From assembly GCF_001194135.2 (NCBI RefSeq), contig NC_068987.1, positions 90,158,325 to 90,222,324 on the forward strand: 64,000 bases of DNA. The letters are read 5' to 3'. How positions within the stretch are numbered: the first letter of the stretch is position 1; the number at the start of each line of letters is the position of its first letter. The stretch comes from Octopus bimaculoides. Taxonomy: Eukaryota. The notes under the pieces were generated by a model. The model worked only from the letters and a program-made list of their open reading frames with translations. It had not been told where the DNA came from and ran no database searches. Shown here piece after piece: positions 12,036 to 22,846 of this stretch. The position numbers and the translations under genes were made by a program.

Positions 12036-12398
12036 AAGAGCACTCAAGAGAGCACAAACCTTTGCCAAGGCAACAGTAACACCCTCTCAATGATTAGGCA
12101 GAAATGATTTTTAAAATGAGAATATCTGAAATAAACTTGATTGCTCTCACAAATGAGAATACTAAAAATGAACCCGAGCACTCTCAAAAATGAAGTAAAA
12201 AACTGGAAAAATAATCCAGAATCTTTGTCCAGTTCTGGATCGATCTCAAAATCTAATCAGTTCATGCCAGTCACGAGGCCAAACATCCCTGAAAGTTTCA
12301 TCTGAATCCATCCAATGGTTCTTGAGATATCTTCTCCACAGACAAACAAACAAACACGATTGAAAACAATACCTTCGCCTTTGCTAAGGCAAAGGTAA
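12036..12398 (+). mobile_element. Helentron/Helitron-type non-autonomous element (HINE-like) inside an AAT repeat
   Basis: 5' subterminal ACCTTTGCC (12058-12066) is the exact inverse of 3' GGCAAAGGT (12388-12396). 3' hairpin CCTTTGC-taag-GCAAAGG, acagacaaacaaac internal repeat, and (AAT)n on both flanks. Confidence 0.7.
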
Positions 12399-12545
12399 TA
12401 ATAATAATAACAACCAAAGTTGTCTGGGTTCAATCTGAGCTGATCTGGTATTAAACAACTTCTTCCACCCAACTGTTTCCATTCTAACCGAGATCGTTCC
12501 CATTATTCCTGTTTCTTTTAATAGAAAATTGATATTTCTTTGCAG

Positions 12546-12750
12546 TGTTTACCAAGTCCAACTTAGAGAAAACTCCAACAGAAGAAATACCACCTTCTGA
12601 AGTGTATCTCATCCCCAAGTCAGGCACTGCTGACTGGAGCAAAGCATCAGATGAACAAAAAGCAGTGTTTGAAGCTGGAATGAAGAAGTTAAGAAAATGT
12701 GTAAAAGAAAAACGTATGCTTATTGAACCTTGCTTTCGGGATTTTGATCA
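12546..12750 (+). CDS. Gene 1 exon (205 nt)
   Basis: tttgcag acceptor, gtaagt donor. Reads (V)FTKSNLEKTPTEEIPPSEVYLIPKSGTADWSKASDEQKAVFEAGMKKLRKCVKEKRMLIEPCFRDFD; phase 1 to 2. Confidence 0.94.
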
Positions 12751-12911
12751 GTAAGTTGCAAATATTTTCTTTTATATTCTCCACATGCTTTATCATCTTT
12801 ATTGGTCTATCAATACATGTATGCTTACACAACAATATAGTTTGCAGTAAGCTACAAACATTTCATTTATGTAATTGACATGCTTATGTTAATCAAGTGT
12901 CAAGCATAGCC

Positions 12912-13545
12912 TTCAAATGTTGGGCCTCACAGAAGCAATGACGAAAGGCCAAGACCTCTGGAGATATGTTGTGATTGAGAAGACCCAGCAAGTAAAGTGA
13001 GATCCCAGCCATAGCCTATACCAGTGTCGTATAACCAGCCCATTTAAAAAAGTAGCTTTGAATCATCAGGCAATACACTGTGCTTGAGGAGACTTATTGA
13101 GTCAAGTAAAATCAAAATCAAAATGGAAATTGTAGTTGTGGCCGATGCCAGTGCCGCCTGACTGGCTCTCATGCTGGTAGCATACAATAAGTACCATTCA
13201 TGCGTGGGTGGTTGCCAGTGCCGCCTGACTGGCTCCCCTTGCCAGTAGCACGTAAAAAGTACCATCCAAAAGTNNNNNNNNNNNNNNNNNNNNNNNNNNN
13301 NGGCACGTAAAAGCATCATCTGAACTTGGCTGATGCCAGTGCTGCCTGACTGACTTCCATGCTGGTGGCACATAAAAAGCACCCACTACACTCAGAATGG
13401 TTGGCATTAAGAAGGGCATCCAGCTGTAGAAACATTGCCAGATCGGATTGGAGCCTGGTGCAGCCTTCTGGTTCGCTAGCCCTCTGTCAAACTTTCCAAC
13501 CCATGTCAGCATGGAAAGTGGACGTTTAAATGATGACGATGATGA
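12912..13545 (+). mobile_element. RTE LINE 3' end (family A), spans a small gap
   Basis: LQMLGLTEAMTKGQDLWRYVVIEKTQQVK* followed by repeated gatgccagtgccgcctgactggct modules, the core and a (GAT)n tail. Confidence 0.85.
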
Positions 13546-13546
13546 T

Positions 13547-15165
13547 GATATCAGAATGGAATTTGGGATTAAAAAGTGTGATATGCTTATCATATAAAAA
13601 GGCAGAATAGTGTCATCTGATAGTGTAGAATTATTCAATGGAGACAAAATCAAGGACGTTGAGATAGATGGATATAATTATCTAGGTATTTTGGAGTATG
13701 ACAAAATCAAGGAGAGTGAGATGAATGAAAGCTTTTGGTGAGAATGCCTGAGAAGAACCGAATTAATTATGGAAAGAACAAGATCAGATGTTTTTCTGTG
13801 GACAAAAAAATGAACTTGAAGAAATGGATAGAAAAAACAGGTTAAGTGATGACAATGAACAAGAAACTGCACCCTAAAAGCAATATCGATAGACTGTGTG
13901 TGCCTAGGAGTGAGGGAGAAAGAGGCCTCATAGGATGCAAGATCTGTGTTGTAAATGAGGAAAACATTCTGGGCTGGTTCGTGAAACAGCAGATTGAACC
14001 ACTGTTTGTTCTTAGAAACAACAAGACGATACCTTGTCAAAATCTGACATACATAAAACCATTTAAGAAACAAGATGGGGAACAAAGGTTAAACAACTGG
14101 AAAATAAAAATGATGCTTGGACAATACTTTAGAGAAATCAAAGTGAATGACAAGTGCAACACCAGGAGATGACTAAGAAAAAGTGATCTGAAATGATGCT
14201 CTGAGGTATTGATATGCAACACCTAGAAACAAGCTCTGAGAACTAATTGCACCAAGTTCCAAATAGATAAGAATAGCGAATCACCTTTATGTAGGATGTG
14301 TGGCAACGGAAATGAAACAGTTTCACATATTATGAGTGAGTGTAGCAAACTGGTTGAAAAGGAATACAAAAAGAGGCATTATAACACGGCTAAGTTTGTT
14401 CACTGGAGATTGTGTGAAAAGTATGATCTTGAAGGAGCAGAAATGGTATAAGCATTAACCTGAAGGCCTCACTGAAGATAATGAATATAAGATGTTATGG
14501 AATTTTACAATCCAATATGACTCGGTGATTGATGTTCAGAGACCAGATATTTTGGTTAGTGGATAAATGGAAGAAGGAAACCAGATCCTAGATATAGCCA
14601 TATATGAGAATACATGAGTGGGTGACAAAGAGCTGGGAAAGATTGGAAAAGTACAAGCTACTAAAAAAGATGAAATTGCACGAATGTGGGAAATGAAGAG
14701 AGTAACATTAATCTCGGTAGTTGTCGGGGCAATGGGGATTCTAACAACTAAGTTTGAGAAATATGTTGGAGAAATTGGAATTGATATGAGCATAGAACAT
14801 GCTTGAAAAACTGTTCTATAGAGGACAGCAAGAAGTTTGAGATTTGTACTTGGGTGTTAAGCATAGTGGAAAGAGACCTTGTGAGACCTTTGACAACAGG
14901 TTGCTGTCTGCTCTCATGGAATTAACTGAAGCAAGGAAAATCAGGAGCTCTGAGAAGTGAAATGGAAATAACATGCAGAAAAAAATATATAACTCTTGGA
15001 CTTACAAATGTATATAACCTACGGAAAACAGCATTGTAAAACACCACACACATCCTACACAGAGCACTTTTGGTGCAGTAAAAATAACAACAAAACAAAC
15101 CCAGGGACCATAGAGCTGCGCTTAACTGTGCAGCAAAAACGTGCAATAGAAATAAGACTACAGAG
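13547..15165 (+). mobile_element. 5'-truncated, degraded RLE non-LTR retrotransposon (R4/Dong-like), copy 1
   Basis: Frameshifted RT C-terminus (DIRMEFGIKKC, YLGILE, LHPKSNIDRLCVPRSEGERGL), CCHC knuckle CRMC...ETVSHIMSEC, KRH...VHW, RPDIL endonuclease motif and VVVGAMG, then a 3' UTR ending in (AAT)(AAC)n. Confidence 0.9.
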
Positions 15166-15585
15166 TAATAATAACAACAACAACAACGACAACAACAACT
15201 AACAATATGGTATTATTTAGGAGAGATTAGTTTCTACTGTTTCGTGATGTGAACCAATTTGGTGTGGAGATTAAAAGAATACAAATATTTCCTTGTGATT
15301 TTAATCACCATAGCTAAGCAGGTCTTGTATTAATTCTTTGTTTCTGGTTCCATGTTACTAAAAGAGATTAATAAAGATAAAAGCAGAATGGAGAAAATGG
15401 AACTGGAGAGAATTCTGACTCAGAGAAAATAAAAATAAATGTTAATACTTGTTTATTTATTCTGTAATTTCTGAGATTTATCAGAAGTTTACTGTAGAAT
15501 CAGACTTAGAGTGCATTGTGTGTGTGTGAGAGAGAGAAGACGAGAGGGGAAAGATAGTGAGAGATTATATAAATTCACAGGAACC

Positions 15586-15790
15586 ATCATCATCACCATC
15601 CACTTTTTCATTCTTGTATGGGTGAGACAGAATTTGTTGAGACAGACTTTCTATGGCGAGATGCCTTTCCTGTCATCAACCCTCACATGTTTTCAAGTAA
15701 AGTGAGTTACACATATTTTTCACAAATGATTGAAAATGGTCAACCTTACTTGTATAATGATGATGTTCATTTACAATCGTTATGTTATGT
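15586..15790 (-). mobile_element. Family E retroposon, minus strand
   Basis: Reverse complement aligns by eye with 181-408 and 16980-17218. Confidence 0.7.
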
Positions 15791-15831
15791 CCAAACAATG
15801 ATACATACAAACACTCATACGCACATATATT

Positions 15832-16375
15832 CACATCATTTAACATCTGCTTTCCATGCTGGCATGGGTTGGATGGTTTGACAGGAGCTAGCAAGGTCAG
15901 GAGCCGCACCAGTCATCATTGCCTGTTTTGGCATGGTGTCTAGGGCTGAATGCCCTTCCTAATGTCAACCACTTTACAGTGTGTACTGGGTGATTTTTTA
16001 CATAGCACCAGAACTATTGCTTTATATCATCATTATCATCATCATCATCATCATCATTGTCATTTAATGTCTGCTTTCAGTGCTGGTATGGGTTGGATGG
16101 TTTGACTGAGGACTGGTGAGCCAGAAGGCTGCACCAGGCTCAATCTGATCTGGCAAAGTTTCTACAGCTAGATGTCCTCCCTAATGCCAACCACTCCAAG
16201 AGTGTAGTGGGTGCTTTTACGTGCCACCAGCACAAGGGCCAGTCAGATGGTACTGGCAACGACCATGCTCAAATGGTGTTTTTTATTTGACGGGTGCCAA
16301 TCAGGCAGTACTGTCATTGGCCACATCAGTGATTTTGATCTCACTTGCCTTAACAGGTCTTTGCGAGCAAAGTTT
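15832..16375 (-). mobile_element. Two adjacent RTE LINE 3' ends (family A), minus strand (about 15832-16010 and 16025-16375)
   Basis: (ATC)n then tttaatgtctgctttc...gggttggatggtttgac, the reverse complement of family A. Confidence 0.85.
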
Positions 16376-16599
16376 ATGAATGAAGGATACTCATAAGTGG
16401 GCTGGTTATGATCACAAGCACACAAAAAAAAAAAATGATTCCCCAAATGTTCAATGCCATTCCTTGCATATCTGGTTTTATATCAGAGTGACCTTCTCGA
16501 GACATGCTTTAGCAAAAGCTAAGGGGTGCCTTTCTCCCAGTGGTCCTGCAGCACATTGGACACCAACCCAGAATTTCTTTGGGCTTAGTGCCACATAAC

Positions 16600-16848
16600 T
16601 GGCTCCTGTGTTGGTGGCACCATTCGAGTGTGGTCGATACCAGTGCCACCTGATTGGCTCCCATGCTGGTGGCATGTAAAAAGCACCCACTACACTATCG
16701 GAGTGTTTGGCATTAGAAATAAGCATCCATCTGTAGAAACCTTGCCAGATCAGATTGGAGCCTGGTGCAGCCTCCTGGCTTGCCAGTCTTCAGTCAAACC
16801 GTCCAACCCATGCCAGCATGGAAAGCAAACATTAAACGATGATGATGA
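16600..16848 (+). mobile_element. RTE LINE 3' end (family A), plus strand
   Basis: Complete core and (GAT)n tail; inverted partner of 16025-16300. Confidence 0.85.
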
Positions 16849-16934
16849 TATCTTTATTGCTACATTGTCGTTAAACCTACACTAGGTTCATCTGTCCTTT
16901 TGACAGGTCTTGTATTTAGTCCTGCTGGATTTCT

Positions 16935-17218
16935 AGCAACCTACCTCATAGATATGTGTGTTTGTTATTGTCTCCTTGCCTTGTCATCATGTGATAGTTG
17001 TAAACGTGTATCACCAACATACAAGTAGTGTTATTCATTGCCAATCTTCCATGAAAACATGTCTGGTCATGAGGAAATATTACCTTACTTGGAAATGGGT
17101 GAAGGTTTGCAGCAGGAGGGGCATCTGGCTGTAGAAAATCTGCCTCACCAAATTCCATCTGACCCATACAAGCATAGAAAAGTTGACACTAAATGATGGT
17201 GATGATGATGATGATGAT
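16935..17218 (+). mobile_element. Family E retroposon ending about 35 nt before the gene 1 acceptor at 17254
   Basis: gatagttgtaaac...aaaacatgtctggtcatgaggaaatattaccttacttggaa...(GAT)n. Confidence 0.8.
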
Positions 17219-17254
17219 ACTTCTAACCACTGTTATATAACGTTGTCATTGTAG

Positions 17255-17543
17255 TCATAGTAACCATCATATAACGAGGAAACAGTTCCAGCAGTGCCTG
17301 TCTATCATGAATTTACCATTTACCAAAGCAGAGATCGATGCCATTGAAGCTCGCTTCAGCAACGACATAGGATTCAACTACATGACGTTTCTCTATGAAT
17401 TACTGTCGGACGAATACCAGTTATGCCCACCTCGTTATCCGACAATAAAGAAAGAGGTTTTCCATTTGAGCAAACATAAGTCATTGCTAGAACCCGACAC
17501 CAATGTCCATGAAGAAGATGTGCTGACCAAAATTAAAAATAAG
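17255..17543 (+). CDS. Gene 1 exon (289 nt)
   Basis: ttgtag acceptor (a second in-frame ag lies 6 nt downstream), gtaagg donor. Reads (H)HSNHHITRKQFQQCLSIMNLPFTKAEIDAIEARFSNDIGFNYMTFLYELL...EEDVLTKIKNK; phase 2 to 0. Confidence 0.9.
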
Positions 17544-17594
17544 GTAAGGACTGTGTAAATGTTTAAATGAGAAGCTTATAATCGTTTGTCATTT

Positions 17595-17800
17595 GTGAGC
17601 TTCAGTCACTGGACTGTGGCCATGCTGGGGCAGCACCTCGACCAGTTTGGCTGAACAAATCAACCCTACGACCTTGTTTTTTTTTTTATATAAGTCTGAG
17701 ACTTATTCTATCATTCTCTTTAGCTTAACCATTAAGCTAGGGGGGACATACAACAAACCAACACCAGTCGTCAAGCAGTGGGAGGGGGACAAACACAGAC
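17595..17800 (-). mobile_element. Family D SINE 3' part
   Basis: cagtcactggactgtggccatgctgggg...acaaaccaacaccagtcgtcaagcagtggg. Confidence 0.7.
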
Positions 17801-17901
17801 ACACGCACACGTTCTTACATGCACATACACACATACATACAAACACACATACATGCATACATACACATACACAAATGCATATACACCCCCCACACACATT
17901 T

Positions 17902-17956
<55 letters not shown>

Positions 17957-18084
17957 AACACACATATACCTTAATATCTATATTTGTATACAACAGTGAG
18001 GTTTTTGATAGTTTTGTTCATTACAAGTTGATTACATTTAAAGAGATGACAGTGAAATGATTGCACCACAGGCCCTCATAAAGT

Positions 18085-18425
18085 GTAAGTGTGGCTGTGT
18101 GGTTGACAAACTTGTTTCACAATTATGTGGTCCCAGGTTCAGAACCACTGCCTGATACCATGGGCCAACCAAAGCCTTGTGAGTGGATTTGATAGAGGGA
18201 AACAGAAAGAAGCCCATTGTATGTGTTTGTGTCTGTGTCTTTGCGTTTGTCCCTCACCACTATTTGCCAACTGGTGTTGGTTTGTTTATATCCCCATAAC
18301 ATAGCAGTTTGGCAAAAAGAAACCAATAGAACAAATATGAGCTTTAAAGAAAATAGGTTGTAGTTTGATTCATTTGACTGAAACACCTCAAGGTGGTGCT
18401 CCAGCCTGGCCAAAGTCCAAGAGAA
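18085..18425 (+). mobile_element. Family D SINE
   Basis: gtggctgtgtggtt...ccaggttcagaaccactg...ccaaagccttgtgagtggatttg...ggtgctccagcctggcc. Confidence 0.8.
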
Positions 18426-18459
18426 ACATAAAAAAAAGGATAACATATGTGTACACACA

Positions 18460-18501
<42 letters not shown>

Positions 18502-18609
18502 CTGCCTCCATAAATTCTACTTGACCCATGCAAGCATGAAAGACATTAAATTGGTGGTTCTCAACCATTTTTTTTTTTTTTGCTTTTGGTTTCTATTTTA
18601 AAGCAAGCA

Positions 18610-19735
18610 GTGTGTTAGAACCACTAAAAATGCAAAAATCGATTATATGGACCCCAGTGCTCAACTGGTACTTATTTCATCGACCTCCACCCACCCACCA
18701 ACCAAAGGATTAAAGACCCCCAAAAAGATTAAAAGGCAAAGTTGAACCTGACATCATTTGAACTCAGAACATAAAGTCTGACGAACTGTTGCTAAGCATT
18801 TTGTCTGGAATGGTAGCTATTCTGCCAAATCACTGTCTAATAATGTACAAATAATGGCTTTGAATTTTAGCACAAGGCCAGCAGGTTTGGGGCAGGGGTC
18901 AAGTCATTTGTATCAACCCCAGTGTTCAACTGGTACTTGTTCCATCAACCGCAAAAGGATTAAAAGCAAAGTTGAACTCAGCGGAATTTGAACTCAGAAC
19001 ATAAAGACACACAAAATGCCAATAACCATTTCCTCTGGCATGATAACGATCTTGCCAGCTTGCTACCTCATGATGTACAAATATTTATTTCTTTATTGCT
19101 CACAAGGGGCTAAACATAGAGGGGACAAACAAGGACAAACTGACCCTGAAAGGATGAAAGACAAAGTTGACCTCGGTGGAATTTGAACTCAGAACATAAC
19201 GTGTTTGTGTCTGTGTCTTTGCGTTTGTCCCTCACCACTATTTGCCAACTGGTGTTGGTTTGTTTATATCCCCATAACATCTATTTCTTTATTGCTCACA
19301 AGGGGCTAAACATAGAGGGGACAAACAAGGACAAACTGACCCTGAAAGGATGAAAGGCAAAGTTGACCTCAGTGGAATTTGAACTCAGAACATAACGTCA
19401 CACAAAATGCCAATAACCATTTCCTCTGGCATGCTAACGATCCTGCCAATAACCATTTCCTCTGGCATGCTAACGATCCAAGTACAAATATTTATTTCTT
19501 TATTGCCCACAGGAAGCTAAACATAGAAGGGACAAACAAGGACAGACAAAGGGATTAAATCGATTACATCAACCCCAGTGCATAACTGGTACTTATTTAA
19601 TTGACCCTGAAAGGATGAAAGGCAAAGTTGACCTCGGTGGAATTTGAACTCAGAACAGAAACTGCAAATGAAATACCACTAAGCATTTCGCCCGGCGTGC
19701 TAACGATTCTGCCAGCTCGCCACCTCATGATGTAC
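18610..19735 (-). mobile_element. Head-to-tail cluster of at least five family B SINE copies or fragments
   Basis: Repeated gaaaggatgaaaggcaaagttgacctcggtggaatttgaactcagaac units on + (reverse complement of the B-box region). Confidence 0.85.
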
Positions 19736-19964
19736 AAATATTAAAAACAAAATCAATATGGTTATCATTCGTTGTGCCAACTCAAGCTAAACTTGTGAAT
19801 TTGATTTTGTGGGTTTTTGTTTTATTCTTTATTTTTTTTTTACTTTTCCGATTAAACATTTAATAATTCAGATAGACATCATCAATATTTTATCATAGAC
19901 GTCATGCTTGTATGCTTTTTACATGAATATGAATAGATGAGACGAGTACACAAATATTAAAGAG

Positions 19965-19998
<34 letters not shown>

Positions 19999-20417
19999 CA
20001 TAAGGATGTGAGTTTTTGCGTATGTGTGTATCATAAGTGTATGTGTGTGTAAGTGACTGTGTTATAGTGGTTATACCTTTGTGCATATGCGTGCGTGTGT
20101 GTGTGTAGGTGTATGTCTGTATGTGTGCTTGAGTGTGTGGTTGAATCTCACAGTGTATGAGTTGTTGCAAATGATGTTGTCCTTTATCAATGAATTTGTG
20201 TGTGTGTGTATGTATGTGTGCGTGTGTGTGTGTATGTGTGTGTGCGTGTGTGTGTGCATATGGCCCACTTACTCAGGGACACACATACAGAAACACATGT
20301 ATTTACATTATTTAGTGTTGATTTCCATAATGAAATCTAGAAACCTAGATAAGCTTTTACTTTTGTGCAAATATATAAATATCGGTTTGCTGTCAGCAAT
20401 TTTTATTGCAGTGGGTC

Positions 20418-20558
20418 ATCATCACCATCATTATCAACAGCAGCAGCTGCATCATTATCACCACCACCACCACCACCACTACCACCAGCCACTACCATCA
20501 TTATGATGATCATCACAACCATCATCATCATCACTATTATCAGCATTATTATTATCAG

Positions 20559-20592
<34 letters not shown>
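20418..20592. repeat. Compound CAT/CAG/CAC/TAT trinucleotide tract
   Basis: Direct reading of the sequence. Confidence 0.95.
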
Positions 20593-20593
20593 G

Positions 20594-20805
20594 AAGGCTG
20601 TGAGTTGGTAAAATTGTTAGCATATCAGACAAAATGCTTAGCATCATTTCACATGTCTTAACATTTTGAGTTCAAATTCCACCAAGGTCTATTTTGCTTT
20701 TCATCCTTTCAGGCTCGATGAAATAAGTACCAGCTGAGCACTGGGGGCAATGTAATCGATTATCCCCCTCCCCACAAATTTCAAGCCTATAGCAGAAAGA
20801 ATTAT
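20594..20805 (+). mobile_element. Family B SINE
   Basis: aaggctgtgagttggtaaaattgttagc...ttttgagttcaaattcc...gaaataagtaccag. Confidence 0.8.
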
Positions 20806-20814
20806 TATTCTTAT

Positions 20815-21640
20815 TTCTCTTTATCACAGGTTTTGTTGTAATTCCTGGGGTCTTGCATGCATCAGTCTTGCTACCAGCACCCTACGGTACCATGCTAGCC
20901 GTTCTTTTCAGCTATCTTATACTTTCCTGATTATTCTGGCCATGCCAAGGAGGCAAACCTTTCGTAACAGTTCTGCTGGGCACTCTGTTCCAATTTCCTT
21001 CATATTCTCCTTGATGCCTTCTAATACTGTTCACAAAGACCCAGCAATAATTGCCACTATCTTCATCTTGAATAGCTGGGCTATTTCATACTTAAGAGGG
21101 TTGTATTTATCTTTTTGCCTTCCTTCCTTCCTTCACTATTCGTGGCTCAAAGGGGCATGCAACGTCAACTATATAGCATATGTGGTGCACCTTGTCCACC
21201 ACCACTAGGTCCAGTCTGTTATGCCCTAGCACCTGATCTGTTCGGATTAGCAAAATCCCAGAAGATTTTGCTAATCTCTGACTCTGCCACTCTCTGCAGT
21301 TTGTGCTCATACCACGTCACGCCCCCACTTTTGGCACAGTTTCCAATGTAGCACTTTCACTATCTGATTGTGCCATCACAACTTGTAGTGGTTTGGGGCA
21401 AGTCTGGGGCATTTGTTTGTGATATGGACAATGGTTTCATCCACTCTATTGCAGATGCAACACAGTGGAGACACTTGCTCTTTCCTGAGGTTGACCCTCC
21501 AGTTCCTGGCCAAAGCTTGGTCTCTTTTGTTTTTAGGGTTCCTTTCATCAGCCAATCCCACTTATTTTTTCCAGCAACTTCTGTTGTTGCTAAATGGAAT
21601 TGATTGAGTAGTCCCTTCTTGTGAAATTCTTCATGTCCTT
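20815..21640 (-). mobile_element. RLE non-LTR retrotransposon 3' fragment, copy 2
   Basis: Minus-strand DQAL, CCICNRVDETIVHITNKC knuckle, NRLDLVVVDK...IVDVACP endonuclease motif and CLLGMARIIRKV end. AAT/AAAT repeats on both sides. Confidence 0.88.
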
Positions 21641-21677
21641 TTTATTTATTTATTTATTTATTGATTATTATTATTAT

Positions 21678-21900
21678 TAAGGCAGCGAGCTGGCAGAATC
21701 ATGCTGGACAAAATGCTTAGCAGCAGCATATTGTCCATCTCTATGTTCTGAGTTCAAATTTTGCTGAGGTCAGTTTTGCCTTTCATCCATTTAGGGTCAA
21801 TGAAATGAGTACCTTTCGGAGTCGATAAATTAAGTACCAGTTGCGTACTGAGGTTGGTGTAATCCCCTCAAATTCCCCTCCCCTCAAATTGCTGGCCTCA
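21678..21900 (+). mobile_element. Family B SINE
   Basis: aaggcagcgagctggcagaatc...ttctgagttcaaatt...gataaattaagtaccag. Confidence 0.8.
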
Positions 21901-22030
21901 TGCTTCTCTTTTATTTTATAAGCAGTAGATTATGATGTCCACAGTTCTATATTTAAGAGATGAGGAATTATGCACATTATTTACACTATTTACATTTGAC
22001 GGATATTTGTCCTCATCTTGTTTGTTGTTA

Positions 22031-22074
22031 ACACAACGTTTTGGCTGATATACCCTCCAGCCTTTATAAGGTGT
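22031..22074 (-). ncRNA. Decayed minimal (Penelope-type) hammerhead ribozyme motif
   Basis: The minus strand reads ACAC-CTTATAA-A-GGCTG-gagggtatat-CAGCC-AAAAC-GTT-GTGT. Stems I and II pair perfectly and stem III is the palindromic AC/GT. The core has three substitutions relative to CTGATGA/GAAAC. Confidence 0.45.
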
Positions 22075-22141
22075 CTTGGGGAAATTTCAAACCTGGGTTC
22101 TTATTCTTAAGGTATTTTTCGATGTTATCATTATTATTGTT

Positions 22142-22517
22142 GCCTTTGCCCAGCTTCTATCGTTGGAGATGCCCTACGGTGTCAGCTGTTCACTAGTAGT
22201 GAACTAAGGTATCACCTCTTATTTTTCGAGCACCTTTCGGAGTATTTGAGCGGTTTCAAGCAGTGCTGTTTTCTGCAAGTGCTCCACCCTTATTTCAGCC
22301 CCTATTTGTTCCACATACTTCTCGAGGTTTTTGCTCACTGTTTCCAGGGCTCCAACAATTATTGGTACTACTGCTACCTTTTCCAAGCTAACCTGTCATA
22401 TCTCTCGACTTTTCTTTCTTCCTTATCACATACCTTGTTGTCAGCTGGGCATGCTATGTCTATCATCCAGAATAGTTTGTTTTCTTTCTCAATTAACACT
22501 ATGTCTGGCTTTGTTTT
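22142..22517 (-). mobile_element. RLE non-LTR retrotransposon 3' end, copy 3, nested inside a SINE
   Basis: Minus-strand KPDIVLIEKENKLFWMIDIACP...VPIIVGALETV...LQKTALLETAQILRKVLEK*, then a short 3' UTR containing the hairpin GTTCACT-act-AGTGAAC. Confidence 0.88.
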
Positions 22518-22651
<134 letters not shown>

Positions 22652-22707
22652 TCACTGCCTGGAATCAAACTCGGAATCTTGGGGTTAGTAGCCCATGCTC
22701 TTAATCA

Positions 22708-22845
22708 AGTCTAGGGCATTTGTTTGTCATATGGACAATGGTTTCATCCACTCTATTGCAGATGCACCACAATGGAGACACTTGCTCGTTCCTAAGGTTG
22801 ACCCTCCTGGCCAAAGCTTGGTCTTGCTCTCGGTCTCTTGGACAT
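22708..22845 (-). mobile_element. Short RLE LINE fragment (zinc-knuckle region), closely similar to 21401-21523
   Basis: Roughly 90% identical by eye to 21401-21523. Encodes DQALARRVNLRNEQVSPLWCICNRVDETIVHMTNKCPRL. Confidence 0.8.
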
Positions 22846-22846
22846 A

